Of a stretch of 64,000 nucleotides of DNA, positions 27,453-38,427 are shown piece by piece. A program made the position numbers and the translations under genes. The notes beneath the pieces were generated by a model. The model was not told the origin of the DNA. It worked only from the letters and a program-made list of their open reading frames with translations, and did not search any database. Location: positions 638-64,637 of the forward strand of contig CALVJA010000012.1 in NCBI GenBank assembly GCA_944331875.1. The letters run 5' to 3'. This DNA comes from an uncultured Clostridia bacterium (GTDB lineage: Bacteria > Bacillota > Clostridia > Christensenellales > DTU072). Every line of letters starts with the position of its first letter. Positions within the stretch are counted from its first letter, which is position 1.

Positions 27453-28071
27453 TTGCTGTTTCTCCGAGTTTTTTCGTCAGAAGATCTATCTCGCCGCGCT
27501 TGAAGCGGTAGGAAGCTTTGTTTGCGATGAGCCGCGCGCTTATTTTCGTTATCTCGCGCACGACGCCCATGTTGTTTTCCTTCAACGTCGTCCCCGTTTC
27601 CACCAGGTCGACGATGACGTCGGACATGTTCAGAAGGGGCGCAAGCTCTATCGAGCCGTTCAGCTTTATGACCTCTATGTCGCGCCCTATGGAGGCGTAA
27701 TAGCGTTTGGCGCAGTTGACGAATTTGGTGGCGACGCGTATTTTTTCGGAGGGGTCGTCCCTGTATCCGTTTACGGCGCATACCGCGAGGCGGCATTTAC
27801 CGATGTTCAGGTCCATCAATTCGTAAACGTCGGGGGAGTTTTCGTCGATGACGTCCTTTCCCGCGACCCCCACGTCCGCTATACCCCTTTCGACGTACAC
27901 CGGAACGTCCCACGGCTTGACCAGAAAGTACCTTATGTCGCCCGCGGCGTTTTCGAAAACCAGCTTCCTGCCGGAGTCCTCTATCGACGAAAGTATCCCC
28001 GCGCGGAGCATCATATCCAATGTCTTGTCGGCAAGCCGTCCTTTCGGCAAAGCGATGTTAAGCATTTTCAC
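27445..28071 (-). CDS. hisG: ATP phosphoribosyltransferase, short form
   Basis: 208 aa. LNIALPKGRL. Short form, consistent with an adjacent hisZ. Confidence 0.92.
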   Translation of the reverse strand: MKMLNIALPKGRLADKTLDMMLRAGILSSIEDSGRKLVFENAAGDIRYFLVKPWDVPVYVERGIADVGVAGKDVIDENSPDVYELMDLNIGKCRLAVCAVNGYRDDPSEKIRVATKFVNCAKRYYASIGRDIEVIKLNGSIELAPLLNMSDVIVDLVETGTTLKENNMGVVREITKISARLIANKASYRFKRGEIDLLTKKLGETANA

Positions 28072-29149
28072 CCTCCCCGAATATATACACCTTTTCTCTG
28101 CCGCCCGAATAGCTTTTTTCGGGAAGCACCGAAACCTTTAAGCCCCCTAAGCGAAGCTCTTCCGCCTTTTTCATGACCGCACTAAGCGGAGCGCCTTCGG
28201 GATACAACAGGACCGCGTCCGCGGCTCCGGAGCCGGGGGCGGTGAGTTTTTCTATTTCGTTCATATAAAGCGCGAACCCCACCGCGCCCTTTCCGGCTAA
28301 GCCCGCGGGATCCACGAGCTTATCGTACCTTCCGCCCTTCAGCACCGCGCCCGCGGCGCCCAGAGCGTAGCCCGAAAACAATACGCCGTTATAGTAGCGC
28401 GTGTTGCCCGTCAGGGAAAAGTCTATCTGCAGATTTCCCTCGAATCGGGTACCCTTAAACGCGCAAACGATATCCTTAAGTTCCTCTATCGCGTGCTCCG
28501 CCTCCGAGCCGAAAGCGAAACGGCGGGCGGAGTCCAACGCTTCGAAAGCGTTTTCGGGAAGCGCTATGACGTTTTCGAGCGCGAGTTTTATATCGGCACC
28601 GAACCCGTATTTCGCGGCGGCTAGAGGAATATCGCCCGCGCGCTTTTTGGAGAGGATATCCTTCAGTTCCGCCCTTATGCTCTCGTCCCGTGCCGCGGCG
28701 GATAAAAGCCCCTCGGTGAACCTGACGTCGGAAAGCGCCAACACGAACTCGGCACCCGTTGCCGAAAGCGTTTCGAGCGCGAGCTCCACCGCTTCCGCCG
28801 TCGTGAACGCGTCGACGTCCCCCAAAGCCTCGAGCCCCGTCTGGATGACCTCTTTGAACTCCGTGCCCGCGCGGTCGGGGCGGTAGACCGCCTCGGAATA
28901 GTAATATTTCCCGACTCCCTTTTCGGGGGTCGCGTTTTTGACAATGGACAAAGTGACGTCCGGTTTCAACGCCATCAGCCGCCCGTCCAGATTGTTGAAA
29001 GTGATTATCTTGTCGCTTATCAGGAAATTCTTGTTTTCCATGTAAAGCGCGTACTCCTCGAACCCCGACATCCTGTATTCGCGGTATCCGAATGAGGAAT
29101 ATAATTTTTTGAGTTCGCCGTTCAATGCGGCGGCGCTTTTTTTCGTCAT
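28058..29149 (-). CDS. hisZ: ATP phosphoribosyltransferase regulatory subunit (HisRS paralog)
   Basis: 363 aa. Class II aaRS-like fold signals. First gene of the his operon, directly before the short hisG. Confidence 0.85.
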   Translation of the reverse strand: MTKKSAAALNGELKKLYSSFGYREYRMSGFEEYALYMENKNFLISDKIITFNNLDGRLMALKPDVTLSIVKNATPEKGVGKYYYSEAVYRPDRAGTEFKEVIQTGLEALGDVDAFTTAEAVELALETLSATGAEFVLALSDVRFTEGLLSAAARDESIRAELKDILSKKRAGDIPLAAAKYGFGADIKLALENVIALPENAFEALDSARRFAFGSEAEHAIEELKDIVCAFKGTRFEGNLQIDFSLTGNTRYYNGVLFSGYALGAAGAVLKGGRYDKLVDPAGLAGKGAVGFALYMNEIEKLTAPGSGAADAVLLYPEGAPLSAVMKKAEELRLGGLKVSVLPEKSYSGGREKVYIFGEGENA

Positions 29150-29176
29150 AACGCTCTCCTAAGACGGAATGCAAAC

Positions 29177-29205
29177 ATGATATCACACTTTAGCGATTTA
29201 GTCAA
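29177..29205 (-). promoter_or_regulatory. Sigma-A-type promoter of the his operon
   Basis: Minus strand TTGACT-17 nt-TATCAT. The leader is only ~25 nt. Confidence 0.55.
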
Positions 29206-29223
29206 TTAAATTGCTAAATTAAA

Positions 29224-29937
29224 TTATTTGATTTTTCCGAGAGTTTCTCCCACTTTTCCGCAAATAAACAGTGCGCCGCTCGCGGGAACGGGCTCGCGGT
29301 TGATGACGACGAGGTTTTCGCCCGTAAAATAATTTATGAGCCCCGCCGCGGGATATACCGTAAGCGACGTACCCGCAACGATGAGAGTGTCCGCCGCCGA
29401 TATCGCCCTTACCGCGCCCGCAACGGTGTCTTCGTCCAGATTTTCGCCGTACAATACGACCTCGGGTTTCACCACGCCGCCGCATTTTATGCAGCGCGGT
29501 ATGCCTTCGGAGTTTTTTATGAATTCGACGTCGTACCGATGGCCGCACTCCGTACAGCGGTTTTTTAGGACGGAGCCGTGCAGTTCGTATACCGCTCGGC
29601 TCCCCGCCGCCTGATGCAGTCCGTCTATGTTTTGGGTGACGACGGCGATAAGTTTTCCCAATTGCTCCCATTCCGCGAGTTTATAGTGCGCCGCGTTCGG
29701 TTTGACGCCGCCGACAAGTATTTTATCGCGGTAGAAGCGGAAAAATTCCTCGGTATGGCGGTAGAAGCAGTCGCGGCTGAGCATATATTCGGGCGGATAG
29801 ACGTATTTTTCGCGGTAGAGCCCGTCCTCGGAGCGGAAGTCCTTCAGTCCCGATTCCGTGGAAACGCCCGCTCCGCCGAAAAAGACGATCCGATGCGAAC
29901 GATCGACTATATCCCGGAGCCGTTCGATATCCGTCAT
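29224..29937 (-). CDS. cobB: NAD-dependent protein deacylase (Sir2 family)
   Basis: 237 aa. GAGVSTESGLKDFRS, TQNIDGLH, and a CxxC...CxxC zinc ribbon. The ATG overlaps the pyrE stop (ATGA). Confidence 0.9.
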   Translation of the reverse strand: MTDIERLRDIVDRSHRIVFFGGAGVSTESGLKDFRSEDGLYREKYVYPPEYMLSRDCFYRHTEEFFRFYRDKILVGGVKPNAAHYKLAEWEQLGKLIAVVTQNIDGLHQAAGSRAVYELHGSVLKNRCTECGHRYDVEFIKNSEGIPRCIKCGGVVKPEVVLYGENLDEDTVAGAVRAISAADTLIVAGTSLTVYPAAGLINYFTGENLVVINREPVPASGALFICGKVGETLGKIK

Positions 29938-30569
29938 TTGACCTCGAACCAGTTGCCGCCGGGATCCAAGCGGAACGCGGTGACCATTTCGTATTCCGAT
30001 TCGGTGATGTATTTTTCCGCCAAAGCGACGCGTGACAAGGTCTCGAAATCGCTGAGGGAGACGTTTTTAAGCTCCGCCGCCGCCAGACGGTCTATGCCTT
30101 TTTGCAGACCGTAGGTAAAAAGCGACGCGATGCCAAGGACGTTGCCGCCCGCTTCGCGGAGCGCCTCCGCGACCTCGATGACCGATCCGCCGGTGGATAT
30201 GAGGTCCTCGACGATGACCACGTTTTTACCGTTGGGGTCGGCGCCCTCTATGCGGTTTTGTCTGCCGTGGTCTTTGTTGCCGGAACGCACGTAGCCCATG
30301 GGGAGCGCCATGCGCTCCGCGACTATAGCGGCGTGGGGTATCCCTGCGGTGGCGGTGCCCATCAGCACCTCGGCGCCGGGGTACTCGCTTTTTATAAGTT
30401 CGGTCAGAAGCGATTCGACCTCCGACCTTATCTCGGGATACGCGAGGATGAGCCTGTTGTCGCAGTATACCGGGGATTTTATGCCCGAAGCCCATGTGAA
30501 CGGCTCCGACGGGCGCAGGAATACGGCTTTTGCTTTCAGTAACGCTCTTGCGGCGCGCTCTTTATCCAT
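29934..30569 (-). CDS. pyrE: Orotate phosphoribosyltransferase
   Basis: 211 aa from ATG 30569 (GGAGCGATATAT upstream). PRPP loop VIVEDLISTGGS. The track extension to 30803 overlaps pyrF. Confidence 0.9.
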   Translation of the reverse strand: MDKERAARALLKAKAVFLRPSEPFTWASGIKSPVYCDNRLILAYPEIRSEVESLLTELIKSEYPGAEVLMGTATAGIPHAAIVAERMALPMGYVRSGNKDHGRQNRIEGADPNGKNVVIVEDLISTGGSVIEVAEALREAGGNVLGIASLFTYGLQKGIDRLAAAELKNVSLSDFETLSRVALAEKYITESEYEMVTAFRLDPGGNWFEVK

Positions 30570-30583
30570 ATATATCGCTCCTT

Positions 30584-31273
30584 CTAGGAAAATTGTCTTA
30601 CGGTTTCCAGGTACGCGGCAAGCGGATCGGCAGCCGCGGTGATGCTTCTCCCCACCACGATGTGCGTGGAGCCCAATGCCCTCGCCATCGCCGGGGTGGC
30701 GACGCGTTTTTGGTCGTTTACGTCGTCGCCCGCAAGCCTTATCCCCGGGGTGACGGAGATGAGCCCCATTTTGCTTATAGCGGGCGCTTCGTGCGCGGAG
30801 CACACCACGCCGTCGAGCCCCGCCGCTTTAGCGTTCAGCGCGTACTTTTCGACGGTGACCGAAAGCGGCTCCGGTATGAGAAGTTCTTCGTGCAGCGTCC
30901 TTTCGTCGGTCGAGGTCAGCTGCGTTATCGCTATGAGTTTGGTGTCCGCGCCGGGTGCGCCTTCGCGGAGCCCTTTCAGCGCCCATTCCATCATCTTTAT
31001 GCCGCCCGCGGCGTGCACGTTGGTGATATCTGCGCCGAGCCGCGCGATATTCTTCATCGCCTTGTATACGGTATTCGGGATATCGTGGAGTTTGAGATCC
31101 AAAAATATCCTGTACCCCGCGTCCTTTAGCCTAATTACCATGCCGGGGCCCTCTTTATAAAAAAGCTCCATGCCTATCTTCAGGTACGGCCTCTCGCCGC
31201 CCAGCTTTTTCAAAAACGAAGTGACTTCGTCCTCGGACGAAAAGTCCATCGCAACAATTACTTCGTGCTCCAT
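30584..31273 (-). CDS. pyrF: Orotidine 5'-phosphate decarboxylase
   Basis: 229 aa. DLKLHDIPNT block. Confidence 0.93.
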   Translation of the reverse strand: MEHEVIVAMDFSSEDEVTSFLKKLGGERPYLKIGMELFYKEGPGMVIRLKDAGYRIFLDLKLHDIPNTVYKAMKNIARLGADITNVHAAGGIKMMEWALKGLREGAPGADTKLIAITQLTSTDERTLHEELLIPEPLSVTVEKYALNAKAAGLDGVVCSAHEAPAISKMGLISVTPGIRLAGDDVNDQKRVATPAMARALGSTHIVVGRSITAAADPLAAYLETVRQFS

Positions 31274-32199
31274 TTGTGCGCCCTCCCTATGATGTCTTCG
31301 AGTTTTTCTATGCCGAGTTTTTCCATTACCCGCGGCAGGTCTTCGATTATTTTTTTCGCGGCGAACGGATCGATAAGGTTCGCCGTCCCCACCATCACCG
31401 CCGAGGCGCCCGCGTACATCATCTCGACGACGTCTTCCGCAGTCATTATGCCGCCCATGCCGATGACGGGGATATTTACCGCTTCGTATACGTTATATAC
31501 CATGTTCAACGCAACGGGGAACACCCCGGGCCCCGAATATCCGCCGCGCCCCACCGATATTATCGGCCGCGCCGTCTTTAGGTCCAAACGCATACCCACC
31601 AGTGTGTTTATAAGGCTTACGCCGTCCGCGCCGCCGCGCTCCGCGGCGCGCGCCGTTTTCGTGATGTCGGTGACGTTCGGCGACAGTTTTACGATGACGG
31701 GCTTCAAGGAAGCTTCCTTTACCGCGCGGGTCAGCTCCTCCAATATCCCCTCGTCCAGCCCGAACGCCATGCCGCCGCCCTCGACGTTGGGGCAGGAAAC
31801 GTTCAATTCCACCGCGAAAACCTCGTCCGCGGAGGAAAGTATCCTCGACGTTTCGACGTACTCATGAAAGCTGTGTCCGCCGACGTTCGCGATGACCTTT
31901 TTGGGATAGACCTCTTTTAGTTTTTTGAGTTCTACGTCCTTTACCGCCGCGGCGCCGGGGTTTTGCAGTCCTATCGCGTTTATCATGCCGGCGGGGCATT
32001 CCGCTATCCTCGGGAGCGGGTTTCCGTAGCGCGCTTCAAGAGTCGTCCCCTTCAGCGCTATAGAGCCTAGTATCGATATGTCGTACCAGTCCCGAAATTC
32101 GTACCCGAAGCCGAACGTCCCCGAAGCGGGTATCACGGGATTGTCCATTACGTTTCCGAAAAGCGATATTTCGGTATCCCTGACGCAATTTTCACGCAT
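31258..32199 (-). CDS. pyrD: Dihydroorotate dehydrogenase B catalytic subunit
   Basis: 313 aa. Class 1B DHOD blocks (NPVIPASGTFGFG, LSPNVTDI). Follows pyrK. Confidence 0.92.
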   Translation of the reverse strand: MRENCVRDTEISLFGNVMDNPVIPASGTFGFGYEFRDWYDISILGSIALKGTTLEARYGNPLPRIAECPAGMINAIGLQNPGAAAVKDVELKKLKEVYPKKVIANVGGHSFHEYVETSRILSSADEVFAVELNVSCPNVEGGGMAFGLDEGILEELTRAVKEASLKPVIVKLSPNVTDITKTARAAERGGADGVSLINTLVGMRLDLKTARPIISVGRGGYSGPGVFPVALNMVYNVYEAVNIPVIGMGGIMTAEDVVEMMYAGASAVMVGTANLIDPFAAKKIIEDLPRVMEKLGIEKLEDIIGRAHKWSTK

Positions 32200-32920
32200 C
32201 GAAGATCACCTCCCCCGCTTCGAATACGGGACCCTCGCGGCAGACGCGTTTGTATCCGGAGCGCGTTTTGACGCTGCACCCCATGCACGCGCCGAAGCCG
32301 CAGCCCATCCTGGCTTCCAAGGAAAGCTCCCCCTTTTCGGAATACGCCTTCATGCCCTTCAGCATCGGCACGGGGCCGCAGGCGTAGTAGCGGTCGAACG
32401 ATATATCGTTATCTTTCAGATACATGACGGCGTTGCCGTTATATCCCGCGGAACCGTCGTCGGTAGTTATCCTTAGGTCGCAAATCTTTTCGAGCTCGTC
32501 CCTTAATATCACCTCGGAGGCGGTTCTGAAACCCGCGACGAACACCGGCTTTATGCCGCGCGCGTAAAACTCCTCCGCCAGATATTTCACCGGCGCTATC
32601 CCGAGCCCGCCCGAAACGATGAGCGGCTTTTTAGTGCCGCCAAAGTCGAAGCCGTGCCCGAGCCCGGTCAGCGCTTCCGCTTTCGTGCCTGCGGGGAGCG
32701 CCGCCATTTTTTCGGTGCCCGCGCCGACAACGCGGTAATATATCGTAACTATCCCGTCCGACCAGCCCGCCGCGCCGAAGGGGCGTTTCAGGAAAAATCC
32801 GTCCACGGCAATCTCGAGGAACGTCCCCGGTTCCGGGCGCGACGTGCCCGAAAGGCGCATTTCGAATATATCCGCGGCGAGCCGCCTGTTTTCCTCGACG
32901 GTCAATATCTCTTTTTTCAT
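32192..32920 (-). CDS. pyrK: Dihydroorotate dehydrogenase B electron-transfer subunit
   Basis: 242 aa. C-terminal 2Fe-2S motif [11 protein letters not shown]. Confidence 0.9.
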   Translation of the reverse strand: MKKEILTVEENRRLAADIFEMRLSGTSRPEPGTFLEIAVDGFFLKRPFGAAGWSDGIVTIYYRVVGAGTEKMAALPAGTKAEALTGLGHGFDFGGTKKPLIVSGGLGIAPVKYLAEEFYARGIKPVFVAGFRTASEVILRDELEKICDLRITTDDGSAGYNGNAVMYLKDNDISFDRYYACGPVPMLKGMKAYSEKGELSLEARMGCGFGACMGCSVKTRSGYKRVCREGPVFEAGEVIFDA

Positions 32921-35900
32921 ATCGTGGATATCCCCATCGTCGTTTCCTCAAGGACGTCCAGAAGCACTCTCACCGTGTCCAGCGACGTGAATACGGGCAC
33001 GTTGTTCTCGACGGCGGTACGCCTTATCAGCATACCGTCCGCGTGGCCGGAGCCGCCCTCGGTTATGGTGTTGACGACGTACGTCACATAACCGCGCCTG
33101 AGAGACAGCAGTATCTCGTCGCTTCCCTGCGATATCTTTTTCCTGACGCGCGTGCGGATGCCCGCCGCCTTCAAAAATTTCGCGGTGCCCAAAGTCGCCT
33201 CGATGTTGAATCCGAGGTCGTAGAAGCGCTTGATGAGCGGCAGCGCCGCCTCTTTGTCCTGATCGCCTATCGTGGCGAAGACGGTGCCGTAGTTATCCAC
33301 TCTGAGTCCGCTCGCCTTGAGCGCCTTGTACACCGCGCGGGTAAGTTCTGAGTCGTAGCCTATCGCCTCGCCCGTCGATTTCATTTCGGGGGAGAGCACC
33401 GCGTCGAGCCCGGTGAGCTTGGAGTACGAGAAGGTGGGTGCTTTTACATACCAGCGCGTCTTCTTCGGATACACACCGGTGTATCCGAGTTCCTTCAGCG
33501 TAAATCCCAGCATCACCTTTGTGGCGATATTCGCTATAGGCGCGCCCGAGGTCTTCGCAAGGAACGGTACCGTCCTCGAAGAGCGCGGGTTGACCTCGAT
33601 GATATACACCTTTTTGTCGCCGTCCACAACGAATTGGATATTGAACGGACCCACGATATTGAGTCCCAAACCTATCTTTTCGGTATACTCGATTATCGTT
33701 TTTTGTACTTCATCCTCGAGCGAATACGGCGGGTACACGCTCATCGAATCGCCCGAGTGCACCCCGGCGCGCTCGATGTGCTCCATTATGCCGGGTATGA
33801 AAACTTCGCGCCCGTCGCATACCGCGTCCACTTCGCATTCTCTGCCGAGGACGTATTTGTCGATGAGCACGGGGTGTTTTTTGTTCAAAGCCACCGCCTC
33901 TTTCAGTATCGGCTCCAGCTGCGCCCTGTCGTAAACGATGTGCATCATCCTGCCGCCAAGCACGAACGAGGGGCGCACCAATACGGGATATCCGATGTCC
34001 TCGGCGGCTTTTACGCCGTCTTTTACGGAAAACACCGATTCGCCGCGCGGCATGGGGATCTCCATTTTCTGAAGAGCCTCCGCAAACATATCCCTGTCCT
34101 CGGCGAGCGCTATCGCCTTCGCGTCGGAGCCGAGTATTTTTACGCCGGCTAACGAAAGATCCTCCGCAAGGTTTATCGCCGTCTGCCCGCCGAGCGCGAC
34201 TATCACGCCGTCGGGGGATTCGTAGTCGACGATGTTCATCACGTCCTCGAACGTGAGCGGCTCGAAGTAGAGTTTATCGGATATCGTATAATCGGTCGAA
34301 ACGGTTTCGGGGTTGTTGTTTATTATTATCGCCTCGTAGCCCGCCTCTTTTATCGCCCATATCGCGTGGACGGTGGAATAGTCGAACTCTATGCCCTGAC
34401 CTATCCTGATGGGTCCCGAGCCCAAAACGATGACCTTTTTGCCGCTTCCGACGACGGATTCGTTTTCGTGTTCGTAGGTCGAATACAGGTACGGGGTATA
34501 GCCGTTGAATTCGGCGGCGCAGGTGTCTATCATCTTGTATACGGGATAGATACCGTTTTCACGGCGCATTTCGTATACTTCGCGCGCGGTAAGCCCCTTC
34601 TTCGAAGCGATGTATTCGTCGGAAAAGCCCCATTCCTTCAGCGCCCGCAGAAAATCGGGGGTGAGAGAGGTCGTTTCCAAGCGCTTTTCCATTTCCACTA
34701 TGTGCTGCACCTTCTCCAGGAAAAACCTGTCTATTTCGGTCAGCTCGTACATATAGTCTATGGGTATGCCCCTTCTAATCGCCTCCGCGACGGCGAATAT
34801 CCTTTCGTCGGTGTTTTCGATGATAAGGTCGACGAGGTCGTGGTCGGAAAGCGTTTTAAGGCGCGGTATCTCGAGGTGTATAAGCCCCGTCTCCAGGCTC
34901 CTTACCGCTTTCAGCAAAGCCTCCTCGAAGGTCCTTCCGATACTCATCACCTCGCCCGTCGCTTTCATCTGCGTATTGAGTTTTCTGCTCGCTTTCGTGA
35001 ATTTATCGAACGGGAAGCGCGGCACCTTGCAAACGACGTAATCGAGAGTGGGTTCGAATGCGGCGTAGGTGTTCGGAAGTTTTATCTCGTCCAAAGTCAA
35101 TCCGCAGGCGATCTTTGCGGAAACGCGCGCTATCGGATAGCCGCTTGCCTTGGAAGCGAGAGCGCTGCTTCGGGACACCCTGGGGTTTACTTCGATGACG
35201 TAGTACTCGAAGCTGAACGGGTCGAGCGCGAACTGCACGTTGCATCCGCCCTCTATGCCGAGCGCGCGGATTATCTTCAAAGCGGCGCTCCTTAGCATCT
35301 GATACTCCTTGTTCGTCAGCGTCTGGCTGGGCGCCACGACTATGGAATCGCCGGTATGCACGCCGACGGGGTCCACGTTTTCCATGCAGCATATCGCCAC
35401 GACGTTGTCTGCGCCGTCGCGCATGACTTCGAACTCTATTTCCTTGTAGCCCTTTATCGATTTTTCGATGAGCACCTGGGTGACGGGCGAAAGTTTAAGC
35501 GCGTTTTTTGAAAGCGCGTAGAGCTCGTCCGCGTTGTCCGCGAAGCCGCCGCCCGTGCCGCCCAGCGTGAACGCGGGGCGTACAATGACGGGATACCCTA
35601 TTTTATCCGCTATCGCTATGCAGTCCTCGACGGTGTGCGCGGTATTCGATTCGAGAACGGGCTCACCGATCTTTTCGCAAAGGTCCTTGAACAGTTGTCT
35701 GTCCTCCGCTTTCGAAATGGAGTCGTAACCCGTGCCCAGAAGTTCCACCTGGCACTCCTCCAACACGCCCTTCGTATGCAGCTGCATCCCGAGGTTCAAC
35801 CCCGTCTGCCCGCCTATGGAGCATATAAGTCCGTCCGGGCGTTCGCGGCGGATTATCTTCGCGACGTGCTCCAAGTCCAGCGGCTCCATGTACACCTTGT

Positions 35901-36084
35901 CCGCCATCGCCTTGTCGGTCATGATCGTCGCGGGGTTGGAATTTACCAGAATGACTTCGTAGCCTTCCTCCTTCAGCGCGATACATGCCTGCGTTCCCGC
36001 ATAGTCGAACTCCGCAGCCTGTCCTATCACGATGGGCCCGGAGCCTATCACCATTATCTTTTTAATATCTGTTCTCTTTGGCAT
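32917..36084 (-). CDS. carB: Carbamoyl-phosphate synthase large subunit
   Basis: 1055 aa. Duplicated ATP-grasp halves, each starting (I/V)GSGPI(V/R)IGQ..EFDY. Confidence 0.97.
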   Translation of the reverse strand: MPKRTDIKKIMVIGSGPIVIGQAAEFDYAGTQACIALKEEGYEVILVNSNPATIMTDKAMADKVYMEPLDLEHVAKIIRRERPDGLICSIGGQTGLNLGMQLHTKGVLEECQVELLGTGYDSISKAEDRQLFKDLCEKIGEPVLESNTAHTVEDCIAIADKIGYPVIVRPAFTLGGTGGGFADNADELYALSKNALKLSPVTQVLIEKSIKGYKEIEFEVMRDGADNVVAICCMENVDPVGVHTGDSIVVAPSQTLTNKEYQMLRSAALKIIRALGIEGGCNVQFALDPFSFEYYVIEVNPRVSRSSALASKASGYPIARVSAKIACGLTLDEIKLPNTYAAFEPTLDYVVCKVPRFPFDKFTKASRKLNTQMKATGEVMSIGRTFEEALLKAVRSLETGLIHLEIPRLKTLSDHDLVDLIIENTDERIFAVAEAIRRGIPIDYMYELTEIDRFFLEKVQHIVEMEKRLETTSLTPDFLRALKEWGFSDEYIASKKGLTAREVYEMRRENGIYPVYKMIDTCAAEFNGYTPYLYSTYEHENESVVGSGKKVIVLGSGPIRIGQGIEFDYSTVHAIWAIKEAGYEAIIINNNPETVSTDYTISDKLYFEPLTFEDVMNIVDYESPDGVIVALGGQTAINLAEDLSLAGVKILGSDAKAIALAEDRDMFAEALQKMEIPMPRGESVFSVKDGVKAAEDIGYPVLVRPSFVLGGRMMHIVYDRAQLEPILKEAVALNKKHPVLIDKYVLGRECEVDAVCDGREVFIPGIMEHIERAGVHSGDSMSVYPPYSLEDEVQKTIIEYTEKIGLGLNIVGPFNIQFVVDGDKKVYIIEVNPRSSRTVPFLAKTSGAPIANIATKVMLGFTLKELGYTGVYPKKTRWYVKAPTFSYSKLTGLDAVLSPEMKSTGEAIGYDSELTRAVYKALKASGLRVDNYGTVFATIGDQDKEAALPLIKRFYDLGFNIEATLGTAKFLKAAGIRTRVRKKISQGSDEILLSLRRGYVTYVVNTITEGGSGHADGMLIRRTAVENNVPVFTSLDTVRVLLDVLEETTMGISTI

Positions 36085-37210
36085 GTTTGCCGCCTCCCGC
36101 TTTTTTCAGAAAACCGATGAAACTATCGAAAAGGTAGTCGGAGTCCTCCGGACCCGCCGCCGATTCGGGATGATATTGTATGCTGATGACGCTGTTTTTC
36201 TCGTCCAGCATCCCTTCGGGCTCCGAATCGGTCAGGTTGATGTGCGTGAGAGTCATCCCCGTACCCTCGAGGCTCGATTTGTCTATAGCGTAGCTGTGGT
36301 TTTGCGAGGTGATCTCCACTTTTCCCGTCGTCATGTCCTTTACCGGGTGGTTGCCGCCGCGGTGACCGAATTTCATCTTGTACGTCTTCGCACCGTACGC
36401 GAGCCCTATTATCTGGTGCCCAAGGCATATCCCCATTATCGGGAGTCTCCCTCTCGCTTTTTTTATAAGCTCCCTGACCTCGGGCACGTCCTCGGGGTCG
36501 CCGGGGCCGTTAGAGATGAACAGTCCGTCGGGTTTGAAACGCATGACCTCTTCGAACGGAGTGTTGTACGGCACCACGACGACGTTCGCGCCGTGCGCGT
36601 TTAATTTTTTGATCATGCTGAGCTTTACGCCGCAGTCCACGACGACGACGTTGAATTCGGGGTTTTTCGTCCTCGAATACCATATGTTTTTGGAGGAAAC
36701 GCGGCTGACCTGGTCGTGCGGCAGGCTGTATGCCTTGAGCTCGGCGACACACTCGGCGACGTCTCTTCCTGCGTCCGTTATCATCGCGCGCATCGCGCCC
36801 TCGTTGCGGATGAGCTTTACGATCTCGCGCGTGTCCACCTGCGATATCCCCGCCGCGCCGTTGTCGAACATGACCTCGGAGAGCGTTTTCGTAAAGCGGA
36901 AGTTCGACGGGGAGTCGTTGTACTCCCTGACGATGAATCCCGACATGTATATCCCCTTCGATTCGTAGTCCTCGTCCGCAAGTCCGTAGTTTCCGATGAG
37001 CGGATAGCTCATGACCACCATCTGCCCGCAGTACGAGGGATCGGAAAGTATCTCCTGATAACCCACCATCGAGGTGTTGAACACTATCTCGGCGATACGC
37101 GTTTCGGGGGAACCGAAGCCCTTTCCGATGAAATATCTGCCGTTTTCCAGAACGAGCATACGCCTCTTTTCGGGCTCCGCAAAGTCGCCTATGTACCTTA
37201 ACTTCTCCAC
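36062..37210 (-). CDS. carA: Carbamoyl-phosphate synthase small (glutaminase) subunit
   Basis: 382 aa. GICLGHQ catalytic Cys block. GTG start at 37210 with GGAGG 8 nt upstream. Confidence 0.93.
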   Translation of the reverse strand: MEKLRYIGDFAEPEKRRMLVLENGRYFIGKGFGSPETRIAEIVFNTSMVGYQEILSDPSYCGQMVVMSYPLIGNYGLADEDYESKGIYMSGFIVREYNDSPSNFRFTKTLSEVMFDNGAAGISQVDTREIVKLIRNEGAMRAMITDAGRDVAECVAELKAYSLPHDQVSRVSSKNIWYSRTKNPEFNVVVVDCGVKLSMIKKLNAHGANVVVVPYNTPFEEVMRFKPDGLFISNGPGDPEDVPEVRELIKKARGRLPIMGICLGHQIIGLAYGAKTYKMKFGHRGGNHPVKDMTTGKVEITSQNHSYAIDKSSLEGTGMTLTHINLTDSEPEGMLDEKNSVISIQYHPESAAGPEDSDYLFDSFIGFLKKAGGGKHAKENRY

Positions 37211-38427
37211 TATAGCTCCTCCTTCGCTTTCGTTTCGTCGGTGAAGACGATCTCGCCATCTATCATCGTCAATATGTTGTACCCCGTCATGCGTCTCCCG
37301 ATGAAGGGGGAATTTTTGGCTTTTCCTCTTATCTCTTCCGCGGTATATTCGCGGTAAGAAGCGGTATCCAACGCGATGATCTCCGCCTTTTGACCTATAT
37401 CCAAAACGCCCGAGGGGATACCGAAGCGCTTCGCGGGCAATACGCTCGTAAGCTCCGAAAGCCTATCTATACCTATCACTCCACGCTCGACGAGTTCCGT
37501 CACGCACACCGAAAAAAGCGTCTCGAAACCTATTATCCCGTTCGGAGCCGCAGCGTATGCGACCGCCTTTTCGTGTGCCGCGTGCGGCGCGTGGTCGGTC
37601 GCTATCATGTCCGCGGTGCCGTCCGCGACCGCCTCGACGACCGCTTCCCTGTCAGCGGGTGACATAAGCGGCGGATTCATCTTCCAGTTTGCGTCCCGTA
37701 TCATCGTTTCGTCCAGGGCGATATGGTGCGGCGTGACCTCGATGCTCACGTCAAGCCCTTCGCGCTTCGCCCGGCGTATGACGTCCAGACTCTTTTTTGT
37801 GGATATATGGCAGAAGTGATACCTGACGCCCGTCTTTTTGACAAGCTCCGTTTCCTCGGAAACGGCGCGGTATTCCGCTTCCGCCGCGCTTCCCGCTCCC
37901 CGCCGCTCCGCGTGGGAGGCGATGATGCCGCCGCATTCTTTTACGCGGCGCATACCCTCTTCCAGAAGCTTGAGGTCGTTTACGCAAACGCCGTCGTCGC
38001 TGAACGCTTTCACGCGTTTCGACAGTGCCTCTATGTCCGAAAGGCACTCGCCTTTTTCTCCCTTTGTGAGCGAAGCGTACGGGTATACGAAGACCTTCGC
38101 GTTATTTTTTATGAGTTTCTCCTCGACCTCCAGGTTTTCCTCCGAATCCGGCACGGGTTTTAGGTTCGGCATCGCCATAACGCGCGTTATGCCGCCTTTT
38201 GCCGCGCTTTCGGTAGCCGAAAGTATCGTTTCCTTGTATTCGTATCCCGGTTCCCTAAGGTGCGCGTGGACGTCCACGGCGCCGGGGAGAACGGTGGCGC
38301 CGCCTAGATCTATGACGCGCTCCGCCCCGCTTTTATTCCCGTTAAACGAAGTGATGACGCCGTCCGTTATGAAAAGGGACGTCAGTCCTTTCCCCGGTAT
38401 GAAAGCGTTTTCGAGAAGCGTTTTCAA
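37210..38427 (-). CDS. pyrC: Dihydroorotase
   Basis: 405 aa. VDVHAHLREPG HxH metal motif. Confidence 0.92.
   Translation of the reverse strand: MKTLLENAFIPGKGLTSLFITDGVITSFNGNKSGAERVIDLGGATVLPGAVDVHAHLREPGYEYKETILSATESAAKGGITRVMAMPNLKPVPDSEENLEVEEKLIKNNAKVFVYPYASLTKGEKGECLSDIEALSKRVKAFSDDGVCVNDLKLLEEGMRRVKECGGIIASHAERRGAGSAAEAEYRAVSEETELVKKTGVRYHFCHISTKKSLDVIRRAKREGLDVSIEVTPHHIALDETMIRDANWKMNPPLMSPADREAVVEAVADGTADMIATDHAPHAAHEKAVAYAAAPNGIIGFETLFSVCVTELVERGVIGIDRLSELTSVLPAKRFGIPSGVLDIGQKAEIIALDTASYREYTAEEIRGKAKNSPFIGRRMTGYNILTMIDGEIVFTDETKAKEEL

Noticed and set aside
29150-29223. A T-box, leader peptide or attenuator for the his operon, and a PyrR-binding attenuator for the pyr operon (39303-39394)
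   Set aside because: Both 5' UTRs are only ~25 nt after well-formed promoters. There is no specifier or T-box sequence, no His-codon leader ORF, no CCAGAGAGG-type PyrR loop and no pyrR gene.
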